Program-made: the position numbers and the translations under genes
From: Thermoleophilaceae bacterium
GTDB taxonomy: Bacteria; Actinomycetota; Thermoleophilia; Solirubrobacterales; Thermoleophilaceae
Assembly (NCBI GenBank): GCA_030447875.1
Contig: JAUJOA010000006.1
Coordinates: forward strand, 59,648 to 123,647
DNA: 64,000 bases
Direction of reading: 5' to 3'
In this document: piece after piece, positions 9,906 through 18,303 of the stretch
Position numbering within the stretch: the stretch's first letter is position 1
How the letters are laid out: each line of letters starts with the position of its first letter
Notes under the pieces: model-generated
What the model saw: only the letters and a program-made list of their open reading frames with translations
Databases searched by the model: none
Told to the model about the DNA's origin: nothing

Positions 9906-10157
9906 CTAGAGCGACCGGCGACCCCACGGCTCCGGGTCGCCCCATGGACCCGGAGCCTCATCGACCAACCCGGCGTTCTCGAACAATCCGGTCCTGAGCC
10001 ATCGCCCGGACCTTTGTGAAGGCGCCGGCAGCGGCGCCGTGTCGCGCAGGAACTGCTCGATCGCCGCGGCTATCGCGGCCGCCTCCTCCGGGGTGGCGCT
10101 CGACTGCCGAACCTCGATGCTCGGTCGCGGCGGTGCATGTCGCCCATTCCGGCCCAC
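9906..10157 (-). CDS. Small protein resembling an acyl-CoA carboxylase epsilon subunit (start uncertain)
   Basis: The C-terminal part of the long reverse ORF 9906..10805 reads SIEVRQSSATPEEAAAIAAAIEQFL...RWLRTG. This matches the I-x-V...TPEE-AA pattern of actinobacterial AccE/PccE proteins. GTG at 10157 is the nearest start. Confidence 0.3.
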   Translation of the reverse strand: MGRNGRHAPPRPSIEVRQSSATPEEAAAIAAAIEQFLRDTAPLPAPSQRSGRWLRTGLFENAGLVDEAPGPWGDPEPWGRRSL

Positions 10158-10181
10158 GAGCGGAGGGTATCGTCGCCTCCC

Positions 10182-11129
10182 GTGCCTGAGATCCCGGTCT
10201 TCGACCACGACGCCGTGCTCGCCGCGGTTCCGCCCGCCGAGGCGGTGGAGCGCGTGCGCGACGGCTTCGTCCGCTACGCGAGCGGGGAGTGGTTCATGCC
10301 GCCCAAGGTCTACCTCGACTCCCCACCCGGCGGTGACTTCCGGGCCATGCCCGCCCGCGGCGAGGGGCTCGCGATCCTCAAATGGGTCACGTCGTTCCCG
10401 ACGAATCCCGACCGCGGCCTGCCGGTCGTCATGGGGCTCATCTGCGCGTCGAGTGCCCAGGACGGCCGGCCGCTCGCCCTGCTCGACGCGCGCGCGGTCA
10501 CCGCGCTGCGGACCGGGGCTGTGGCGGCGGTGGCCGCCCAGGAGCTCGCGCGCGAGGATGCGGCGTCGGTTGGGATCATCGGCTGCGGCCTCCACGGCGC
10601 CTGGGTCGGTCGCTGTCTCGCAGCGGTGGAGTACGGACCGGGCGTCTGCTTCGACCCCGACCCGGATGCGGCCGGCGCGCTGGCCGGAGAGCTGGGGTGG
10701 GAGGCCGGCACCCGGGAGGACGCGCTCGACCGCGACATCGTGACGTGCGTGACTCCGGGCGCCCAGCCCGTGGTGGGCGTCGCCGACCTGCGACCGGGGC
10801 TGCACCTCTCCATGCTCGGCGCCGACGGTCCCGGCAAGGCGGAGGCCGAGGTGGAGGCGGTCTCGCGCTGTGCGGTGTTCTGCGACGAATGGGAGCAGGC
10901 CTCACACGGCGGCGAGCTGACCGGCGCGGTCGAGGGCGGGCTCCTTCGACGGGAGCAGGTGGCTGAGCTGGGGGCGGTCTTGATCGGCGCGGCAGGCGGG
11001 CGCCCCGACGACGACTCGGTCACGCTGTTCGACTCGACGGGTCTCGCCATCCAGGACCTGGCCCTCGTCCTCGGCGTACTCGAGAGCCACCGCGCGGGCG
11101 TGGCGGGGGCCGCTAGCGTTTGCCTGTAG
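10182..11129 (+). CDS. Ornithine cyclodeaminase/mu-crystallin family protein
   Basis: ALRTGAVAAVAAQELAREDAASVGIIGCGLHG Rossmann motif and overall family pattern. The GTG at 10182 has a GGAGGG upstream. The ORF track starts at 10137. Confidence 0.75.
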   Translation: MPEIPVFDHDAVLAAVPPAEAVERVRDGFVRYASGEWFMPPKVYLDSPPGGDFRAMPARGEGLAILKWVTSFPTNPDRGLPVVMGLICASSAQDGRPLALLDARAVTALRTGAVAAVAAQELAREDAASVGIIGCGLHGAWVGRCLAAVEYGPGVCFDPDPDAAGALAGELGWEAGTREDALDRDIVTCVTPGAQPVVGVADLRPGLHLSMLGADGPGKAEAEVEAVSRCAVFCDEWEQASHGGELTGAVEGGLLRREQVAELGAVLIGAAGGRPDDDSVTLFDSTGLAIQDLALVLGVLESHRAGVAGAASVCL

Positions 11130-11176
11130 CTCTAAAGTAGGCGCGACCTGCGAATCGGCCAGCTATCGTCTCGCGG

Positions 11177-13648
11177 GTGCGTCGGCGGGTAATTGGATCG
11201 GTGTCTGTGGCCGCGCTGTTGCTTATCGCGGCACCGACAGCCGGCGCCGGGTCGCTGCCCGAGGTGAAGTCGGGCGAGCGACCGGGCCCACCGCTCCTCT
11301 ACAAGAAGCCGCCGAAGGCGTCGCCGCTCTCCGTCAAGGCGCCGTTCGCGGCGCGCCCGCTGCTCGTGTCGGGTACCGACGCGTACCGCGATGGCGAGTA
11401 CCTCTACCAGGACTACCTGTTCGACGACCACGGCGCCGATACGCAGCCGGGCTTGGGCTCTCAGCCCCCGGGGGCGGACTCGTTCTCCCCGACTGGCGGC
11501 GACGCCTTCTACCCCACCGCGGCCCGGTTCGGCAACAACGCGGCCGACATCGTGGAGCTGCGGATCAAGCCGACCTCCCGTGCGGTCCTGTACCGCGTAA
11601 CCCTCAACACGGTGCGGGACGAGGACGCCGCGGTAGTCGGAATCGGGATCGACACCGACCGCAGCGGCGGAGCGCCCGTTCCATGGCCGGGCGGTGCAGG
11701 CATCAGCTCGCCGGGGCTCGACCGCTTCATCACGGCCTGGGGGACTGGCGGCAAGGTCACGCGCCTTCCCGGCGGCGCCGATGCCGACCTTCCGGCGCGC
11801 GCCGTCAAGATCGAGAAGAGGACCAATCAGATGACGATCCGCGTCCCGCGCTCGGTCATGGACCCGGGCCGCAGGACGTGGCGCTACGTAGCGGGGGCCG
11901 GTTTGCGCTCCGGAGAGGGGTTCAGGAGGGTGCCCGCCCGCTCCGACCCCGGGAGTGACACCCCGGCGTCGGGCAATCCCGTGCTCTCATCGCCGGGCGT
12001 CTTCAACCTCGCCTTCCGCTTCGATGAGCCGACGGCCAAGAACGGCGCCCCGACCTACACCACCTTCCCGGGGGTCGGCAGCTTCTTCGAGGACAAGCAG
12101 GCCAAGCTGCTCCGCGAGCGGAGCACCGGCAACTTCCACGCCGACGTCGACTTTGCGCGCCTGCGCCGAGAAGCTGACCGACGGATCCACGGCCCGCGGC
12201 CGGGCGAGCAGGCGCGGATCTTCGCGTCACGGCTCGAGGAGCCCGAGGGCATCAGAGCGAGCGGAAGGGATTCGGCCGACTTCGACGAGTTCCCCGAGTT
12301 CGGCGGTCAGCTGCAGCCGTACGTCATCAGGGTTCCCCCGTCCTACCGGCGAAGCCGCCCGGCCGGGCTGAGCTTCTCGCTTCACTCCCTCGGCGGCACC
12401 TACACGCAATACACGGTCTTCAACCAGACCCAGCAGCGCCAGTTCGGCGACCAGCGCGACAACTTCCTCGTGACCACTCTGGGGCGCGGGCCCGACGGTT
12501 GGTACACGAGGGAGGCCGAGGTCGATTTCTTCGAGGCCTGGGCGGACGCGGCGCGGCACTTCTCGCTCGATCCTCGGAGCGTCGCGCTCACCGGCTACTC
12601 GATGGGTGGCTACGGCACCTACAAGCTCGGGGCGCAGTGGCCGGACCTCTTCGGCAAGGCGTTTACCACCGTGGGGCCACCGGGGCTGGGGATCTGGGTG
12701 CCGCCCGCGCCGCCGCAGTCGGGCGGTCAGGACACGCTCACGAACCTCTTGCTCGAGAACGTTCGCTGGATTCCGTATCTCAACTGGGTTGCCATGGAGG
12801 ATGACCTCGTGCCCTATGCCGGGCCCCTCGAGCAGCAGACCGGTGCGATCCGGGGGCGGGGATTCGACACGCTTGGTCTGCGGAGCGTTCTCGAGACCTT
12901 CCAGGGCGAGCACTTCACGCTTGCGATCCAGGATCAGTTCGCGGCGGCTCGCGACTTCCTCGGCAAGGCCCGCGTGAAGCGCGACCCGAGCCGAGTCGAC
13001 TACGCCATGCTGCCGGGAGCGGACTTCCCGAAGCTGGGGCTCGTCCACGACCACGCCTACTGGGTCTCCGACCTCCGCGGCCGCGACAGGAGCGGAAACC
13101 CGGAGACGCAGCCCGAGTCCTGTCCCCCGCGGGGCGGCTGCCCGCCGCGGTCCGAGATCAGCGCCTTCAGCGAGGCCTTCGGGGAGGCGTACACGCCGCG
13201 GGTGCGGCGGGTGGCGCCCTCGCCGCGCGCGGCCGGCCGGCCGTCACCCAGCACCGCGCAGGGGACCCGCTGGAACGGCATCCCGCAGATCGCTCGGCGA
13301 AATCGCCTAGTCCTACGACTCGAGAACTTGGCGCGCGGGACCATCGACGGCCGCCGAGCTCGCCTCGAGGGCGACGAGCCGCTCCGCGTGCGCCTCGAGA
13401 GCGACGGCCGCGGTCGCATCCGCCTGAACGTGCCGCTCCCGCGGGGCGCGGTCGTGCGACGGATCGATGGCGGTCCGGTCTCCTCGGCGGCCACGGCCCC
13501 CGAGGTGTCTCTCGACCGCCGCGGCGCCACGTTCGATGTGGCCGACGGCAATCGCGAGTACAGGATCCTCGTACCGCACGGCTCGCGCTCAGGCCGCTCG
13601 GGCGGTGGAGACGCCAAGAGCTTCAGGCGGGGCCCCGGACCGTTCTAA
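11177..13648 (+). CDS. Secreted multidomain alpha/beta hydrolase (esterase/peptidase-like)
   Basis: 823 aa. Signal peptide MRRRVIGSVSVAALLLIAAPTAGAGS. Nucleophile-elbow motif GYSMGGYGTYKLG. Confidence 0.6.
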   Translation: MRRRVIGSVSVAALLLIAAPTAGAGSLPEVKSGERPGPPLLYKKPPKASPLSVKAPFAARPLLVSGTDAYRDGEYLYQDYLFDDHGADTQPGLGSQPPGADSFSPTGGDAFYPTAARFGNNAADIVELRIKPTSRAVLYRVTLNTVRDEDAAVVGIGIDTDRSGGAPVPWPGGAGISSPGLDRFITAWGTGGKVTRLPGGADADLPARAVKIEKRTNQMTIRVPRSVMDPGRRTWRYVAGAGLRSGEGFRRVPARSDPGSDTPASGNPVLSSPGVFNLAFRFDEPTAKNGAPTYTTFPGVGSFFEDKQAKLLRERSTGNFHADVDFARLRREADRRIHGPRPGEQARIFASRLEEPEGIRASGRDSADFDEFPEFGGQLQPYVIRVPPSYRRSRPAGLSFSLHSLGGTYTQYTVFNQTQQRQFGDQRDNFLVTTLGRGPDGWYTREAEVDFFEAWADAARHFSLDPRSVALTGYSMGGYGTYKLGAQWPDLFGKAFTTVGPPGLGIWVPPAPPQSGGQDTLTNLLLENVRWIPYLNWVAMEDDLVPYAGPLEQQTGAIRGRGFDTLGLRSVLETFQGEHFTLAIQDQFAAARDFLGKARVKRDPSRVDYAMLPGADFPKLGLVHDHAYWVSDLRGRDRSGNPETQPESCPPRGGCPPRSEISAFSEAFGEAYTPRVRRVAPSPRAAGRPSPSTAQGTRWNGIPQIARRNRLVLRLENLARGTIDGRRARLEGDEPLRVRLESDGRGRIRLNVPLPRGAVVRRIDGGPVSSAATAPEVSLDRRGATFDVADGNREYRILVPHGSRSGRSGGGDAKSFRRGPGPF

Positions 13649-13656
13649 GGGACCGG

Positions 13657-16600
13657 CTAGCGGTCCGACTCGCCACGGGCCTCGGCCAGTGCCCGCCGCG
13701 CCTCCTCGAGCTCGGCCATTCGCCGGTCTGCGTCGGCTCGTGCACGGTCCGCGTCGGCCTTCGCGCGCCTGAGCGCCCGCTCGAACTCGAGGCGCGCCGG
13801 GATGGCGACGATCTCCTCATCGAGGTCGTTTCCTCCCAGACGAAGCGCGGAGCGGGCGAGCTGGCCAAGGCGGGGCGCCGCCTCGCGGCCTCCCCGTAGG
13901 CGCGCCAACTCGGCTCGCTCGCGCTGCAGCGTGGCGCGGGCCTCGTGCTCGGATTGGACCAACGCTTGAGCCTGGCGCTCCGCTGATGCGCGACGCTCGC
14001 GCTCGCGCTCGGCCACGGCCTGCGCTTCGTCGAAGGCGCCCTCGAGCTCCGCAATCCGGCGCTCGAGGTCGCTGGCGTCCTGCGCGCTGGCGCGCTCGGT
14101 AGCGGCGCGAACTTCGGCGAGCTCCCTACGCGCCTCTTCCAACTCCGTCGTCCGCTGCTCGATCTCGAGCCGCAGGTGGGAGACCTCCTCCTCGCCCTCC
14201 TCGGTTCGGCTGGCCCTACGCTCGGTGTCAGCGAGCTGACGCTCGAGTGCTTGAGCCTTCGACCGAGCGAACTCGAGTTCCGCCTCCTTCTCGGCGAGCT
14301 GGCGCTGAGCCTCCGACAGGCGTTGATTGGTCTCGGCCTGGGCATCTACGACGGCGGCCTGTGCCTGCGCCAGCTCGTCGGCTCTCCTAGCTGCCTCGAG
14401 CCGGGCTGCGTCGGTCTCCTCTCGCTGACGCGCGCTTTCGTCGCGCCAGTCCCGCTCCGAGGCCACGAGGGCTTCCCTTTCCAGAGCCATACCTGCGCGC
14501 TCGCTGTCGAGGAGCTCTCGGGCCTCTGCACGAGAGCTCTCGAGCGCTTCATGCGCCTCCCGCTCAGACTCGGCTAGCTCCTGTACTTGCTGCTCGAGCT
14601 CTGCGCGGCGGCTTTGCTCCTGCTCGAGCTCCGCACGGGCGGACGCGAGGGCCTCGTTTGCCTGCGCAACCCGGCGCGCCGAGCGGGGCTTGATCTCCTC
14701 GCGAGCCTCCGCGATCCGCGCCTCGGCGTCCGCCAGCTCCTGCGCCCTGCTCTCGGCCTCCTCGCGCATGGCCTCGAGCTCGGCGGTTCGGCGCGCGAGC
14801 GCCTCGGCGGCATCCGCCTCGGAGGCCGTCGCCGTCTCCAGCTGCCGCTCGAGCTGCTCCCGCTGCGCCTGCTCTTGCTCAGCCGCGGCGCGGGCCTGTT
14901 GAGCCGCCAGCTGAGCGCTGCCGAGCTCCTCGGCGATCCGCTCTGTCTCGGCCTGGGTTCCCTCGAGCGTCGCACTGACGCCGGCCAGCTCGGCCACGCG
15001 CTCCTCGGTATCCGTTCTTGCGCGCTCGAGCTCCTCGGCCTGCCGAGCGATGGTTTCGTGCGCCTCCTGCTCCGCGGCCGAGAGACGCTCCGCTTCGCGA
15101 GCCATCTCTTCGCGCTCTTGATCGAGCATCTGCTGCATCTCGCGCTTGAAGCTCTCGAGCGCTTCATGCGCCTCCCGCTCAGACTCGGCTAGCTCCTGTA
15201 CTTGCTGCTCGAGCTCTGCGCGGCGGCTTTGCTCCTGCTCGAGCTCCGCACGGGCGGACGCGAGGGCCTCGTTTGCCTGCGCAACCCGGCGCGCCGAGCG
15301 GGGCTTGATCTCCTCGCGAGCCTCCGCGATCCGCGCCTCGGCGTCCGCCAGCTCCTGCGCCCTGCTCTCGGCCTCCTCGCGCATGGCCTCGAGCTCGGCG
15401 GTTCGGCGCGCGAGCGCCTCGGCGGCATCCGCCTCGGAGGCCGTCGCCGTCTCCAGCTGCCGCTCGAGCTGCTCCCGCTGCGCCTGCTCTTGCTCAGCCG
15501 CGGCGCGGGCCTGTTGAGCCGCCAGCTGAGCGCTGCCGAGCTCCTCGGCGATCCGCTCTGTCTCGGCCTGGGTTCCCTCGAGCGTCGCACTGACGCCGGC
15601 CAGCTCGGCCACGCGCTCCTCGGCCTCAGATGTCGCTCGCTCGAGCTCGAGTTGGAGGCTCTCTGCCTCCTGACGCGCGTCCTCAGCCCGTTGACGCTCG
15701 ACCTCGAGTGCCTCCCGCGCCTCCTGTCCCGACGCAAGCGCGGTCTCGAGCTCCCGCTCCACCTCCTCGCGTCGTGTCTGCTCGTCCTCCCTCTGCGCGC
15801 GTGCCTCCACCAGCCCCAGCTGGGCCTCCTCCAGCCTCTCGGCCCCGCGCTCGGCCTCGACGCGTGAACGCTCGAGGGCCTGCTCGAGCTCGAGCCGCGT
15901 GCGAAGCTCCTGCTCCACCGTCCCGCGTGCTTCGGCCAGCGCCCGTTGCGCCTCAGCCAGCTCCGCCGCCCGGCCCTCGGCGCGCAGGCGCGTGGCGTTG
16001 AGCTCTTCCTGCTGCTGGAGGAGAGCATCCCGCGCCTCCGCCTCAGAGCTCGCTGACGCCTGCAGTTGCTGCTCGGCCTCCAGGCGTCGTGACTGCTCAC
16101 GCTCGAGCTCGCCCCTGGCCTCCGCCAGCGCGTTCTGTGCCTCGGCCACGCGGCGGGCCGAGCGTGGCTTCACCTCCTTGCGCGCCTCCTCGACCCGTCG
16201 CTCGGCGTCCGCGAGCTCTTGGGCCAGCCGATCGGCCTCCTCCCGTGACTGCTGGACGTCCGCGCCCGCCTGTGCGAGGGCGTCGGTCAGCTCCTGAAGC
16301 TTTGCGCCTCGCCGCTCGGCTTCCTCGGTCGCCGCCTCGAGCTGCGCGCGTTGCTGTTGCACGGCCTGGCCGGCTTGCTGCTCGGCCTCCGCCAGCGTCT
16401 CGAGCCGGCTCTCCAGCTGGGCGCGCCCCGCGCGAGCGTGCTCAAGCTCGCGCTGGGTGGCCATATGGGCTCCCTCAAGCTCGGCGCGCTGGTCGGCGTT
16501 CAGCTGAAGCTCCGACTGAAGGCGCTCGCGCTCCGCCTGCTCGGCGACTAGAGCACCGTGTAGCTCCTCAACCTCGCCGGCGCGCTGCTCGAGCTGCTCC

Positions 16601-17505
16601 CGGGCCTCCTGAAGCTCGCTCTCGAGGCTCGTGCGGACGGCCTCGAGCTCCGTGCGTGACTCGGCGCGTAGGGCGTCGAGCTCGGCACGCGACTCCTCTC
16701 TTGCGGTCTCGAGCTCCGCACGCGACTCCTCAGCTAGCCGCTCGAGCGCTTCCTCGTTCTCCTGTCGCGCGCGGGCGTGCTCCTCGGCCCGCGCTTCGGC
16801 CTGGGCGGCGCGGCTCTCGGCCTCCGTCAGCGCAGCCCTGGTGGCCTCCGTCTCCGCGCGCACGTCGACGAGCTCGGTCTGGACGTCGTCCAGTGCCCGC
16901 GCCGCCGCCTCGAGGTCGCGGCCCCTGGCCTCGGCCTCGACGCGCGCGGCATCGAGCTGCTCCTCCTGGCGCTCCAGCCTGGCCTGGGCCTCAACCCCCG
17001 ACGCGGCGAGCGCCTCCAACTCCCTTTCAAGCTCCACCAAGCGCTCCCGCTGCTCGGCGCCCTCAGCGCGCGCCAGCTCCAACGCTTGGCGCGTGGCCGC
17101 CACCTCGGCGGCTTCCTCTTCAGCTCGCTCACGGGCCTGCTCGCCTTCGGCTCTGGCCCGCTCGAGCGCGTGCTCGGCCTCCAGCCGGGCTTGGAGCTCC
17201 ATCTCCATGGCCTGCCGGGTCTCGGCGGCCCGCCTCTCCGCGTCGGCCAGCTCGGCGGCGCGCCGACTCGCTTCGCCTCTTGAGTACTCGAGGTCAGACC
17301 GCGCCACCGCCAGCGCCTCACGCGCCCGGGCACGCAGCTCGCGCTCGGCCTCCGCGGTCTCGAGCGCGCGAAGCTCAGCCTCTGAGGGTGCGTGGTCCGT
17401 GACCTCCGGGTCTGCGGGCGCGGCGTGGGCGCCAGCGTCCTCAGCGGCCCGCTGTGCAGCGGCGTCTTCTGGAGACGGCCCCGCCTTCGCCCGCCTTCGT
17501 ATCAA
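13657..17505 (-). CDS. Giant all-coiled-coil protein (about 1,282 aa; Scy/FilP-like architecture), function unknown
   Basis: E/A/R/L/Q-rich along its whole length, with no TM segment or recognisable globular domain. The ORF is open to GTG 17616. TTG at 17505 is preceded by GGAGG at a good spacing. Confidence 0.7.
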   Translation of the reverse strand: MIRRRAKAGPSPEDAAAQRAAEDAGAHAAPADPEVTDHAPSEAELRALETAEAERELRARAREALAVARSDLEYSRGEASRRAAELADAERRAAETRQAMEMELQARLEAEHALERARAEGEQARERAEEEAAEVAATRQALELARAEGAEQRERLVELERELEALAASGVEAQARLERQEEQLDAARVEAEARGRDLEAAARALDDVQTELVDVRAETEATRAALTEAESRAAQAEARAEEHARARQENEEALERLAEESRAELETAREESRAELDALRAESRTELEAVRTSLESELQEAREQLEQRAGEVEELHGALVAEQAERERLQSELQLNADQRAELEGAHMATQRELEHARAGRAQLESRLETLAEAEQQAGQAVQQQRAQLEAATEEAERRGAKLQELTDALAQAGADVQQSREEADRLAQELADAERRVEEARKEVKPRSARRVAEAQNALAEARGELEREQSRRLEAEQQLQASASSEAEARDALLQQQEELNATRLRAEGRAAELAEAQRALAEARGTVEQELRTRLELEQALERSRVEAERGAERLEEAQLGLVEARAQREDEQTRREEVERELETALASGQEAREALEVERQRAEDARQEAESLQLELERATSEAEERVAELAGVSATLEGTQAETERIAEELGSAQLAAQQARAAAEQEQAQREQLERQLETATASEADAAEALARRTAELEAMREEAESRAQELADAEARIAEAREEIKPRSARRVAQANEALASARAELEQEQSRRAELEQQVQELAESEREAHEALESFKREMQQMLDQEREEMAREAERLSAAEQEAHETIARQAEELERARTDTEERVAELAGVSATLEGTQAETERIAEELGSAQLAAQQARAAAEQEQAQREQLERQLETATASEADAAEALARRTAELEAMREEAESRAQELADAEARIAEAREEIKPRSARRVAQANEALASARAELEQEQSRRAELEQQVQELAESEREAHEALESSRAEARELLDSERAGMALEREALVASERDWRDESARQREETDAARLEAARRADELAQAQAAVVDAQAETNQRLSEAQRQLAEKEAELEFARSKAQALERQLADTERRASRTEEGEEEVSHLRLEIEQRTTELEEARRELAEVRAATERASAQDASDLERRIAELEGAFDEAQAVAERERERRASAERQAQALVQSEHEARATLQRERAELARLRGGREAAPRLGQLARSALRLGGNDLDEEIVAIPARLEFERALRRAKADADRARADADRRMAELEEARRALAEARGESDR
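14535..15008. repeat. Copy 1 of a perfect 474-bp direct repeat inside the coiled-coil CDS
   Basis: Base-for-base identical to 15150..15623 when I aligned the printed lines by eye. Offset is 615 bp (205 codons). Confidence 0.9.
15150..15623. repeat. Copy 2 of the perfect 474-bp direct repeat inside the coiled-coil CDS
   Basis: Identical to 14535..15008. The copies are separated by 141 unique bp. A diverged third copy lies at about 16040..16260. Confidence 0.9.
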
Positions 17506-17527
17506 CTCCAGACCTCCACAGCGCCCC

Positions 17528-17544
17528 CGATCCCTACGGGATCG
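17528..17544. promoter_or_regulatory. Perfect palindrome CGATCCC-TAC-GGGATCG in a divergent intergenic region
   Basis: 7-bp arms and a 3-nt spacer. Lies 73-89 nt upstream of the antitoxin ATG (17617) and just upstream of the proposed coiled-coil gene start (17505). Confidence 0.3.
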
Positions 17545-17616
17545 AAACGTATCGCTTTTCAGACCGTCCCGGGCCGCTGGGCAGCGAACGCGTCCCGGGG
17601 TGCTACGGTGACGCAC

Positions 17617-17904
17617 ATGGCCGCCTCAACAGTCACCGTGCGCGAGCTGCGCCAGAATCTCAGCGTGTACTTGGAGCAGGTGGCTCACGGCACGACGCTC
17701 GCTGTGACCAAGCGGGGCGAGCCCGTCGCAGTGCTCGCGCCGTTGCCCGGCCGCGGAAGTGCGCTCGATCGGTTGGTCGCCGAAGGGCGGGTCATTCCCC
17801 CGAAGGGCGACATTCGAGATCTTCCCCCACCGATCAGGCGCGCTCCGGGTGAGCGTTCGATAAGCGAGATCCTTGAACAGCAGCGCGAGGAGCGCCTGCC
17901 GTAG
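17617..17904 (+). CDS. Type II antitoxin, Phd/YefM family
   Basis: MAASTVTVRELRQNLSVYLEQVAHGTTLAVTKRGEPVAVLAP is the canonical Phd/YefM N-terminus. A PIN-domain gene follows directly. Confidence 0.85.
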   Translation: MAASTVTVRELRQNLSVYLEQVAHGTTLAVTKRGEPVAVLAPLPGRGSALDRLVAEGRVIPPKGDIRDLPPPIRRAPGERSISEILEQQREERLP

Positions 17905-17945
17905 CGGAACTCGCTTATCTCGACTCGTCCGCTCTCGTCAAGCTG

Positions 17946-18296
17946 GTGGTGGAGGAGCCAGAGAGCGGGCCCCTACGGGCGGCGGTGGCCCGATACGGAG
18001 TACTTGTCTCAAGCGTGATCGCACACGTCGAGGTCCTGCGCACGGCGAGGGAGCTGGGTGACGACACGCTGGAGCGGTCGCGCCGCCTCGTCGACGGTCT
18101 GGCACTGATCCGAGTGGACGAGTCGATTCTCAGGTCCGCCGCTGCGATTGATCCGCCGTCGGTCCGATCGCTCGACGCGATTCACGTGGCCTCCGCTAGA
18201 TCGGTCCGCGAACAGCTCGGCGCCATGATTACCTACGACAAGCGGATGATCGCCGCCGCGCGTGCGGCGACCCTCCCGTTGCTCGTGCCGACCTAA
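17946..18296 (+). CDS. vapC: PIN-domain toxin (VapC family); N-terminus problematic
   Basis: C-terminal PIN motifs LDAIHVASA and ITYDKRM. The conserved N-terminal strand AYLDSSALVKL is encoded in frame at 17910-17942, upstream of the first canonical start (GTG 17946). Confidence 0.7.
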   Translation: MVEEPESGPLRAAVARYGVLVSSVIAHVEVLRTARELGDDTLERSRRLVDGLALIRVDESILRSAAAIDPPSVRSLDAIHVASARSVREQLGAMITYDKRMIAAARAATLPLLVPT

Positions 18297-18303
18297 GACC
18301 TCA

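Noticed and set aside
14574-17611. Many 100-440-aa ORFs in all other frames of the coiled-coil locus, including pairs of identical ORFs
   Set aside because: They follow from the low-complexity GAG/GCC/CGC-rich repeat DNA and the 474-bp duplication. Only the reverse 1,300-aa frame gives a coherent coiled-coil sequence with host-like codon usage.
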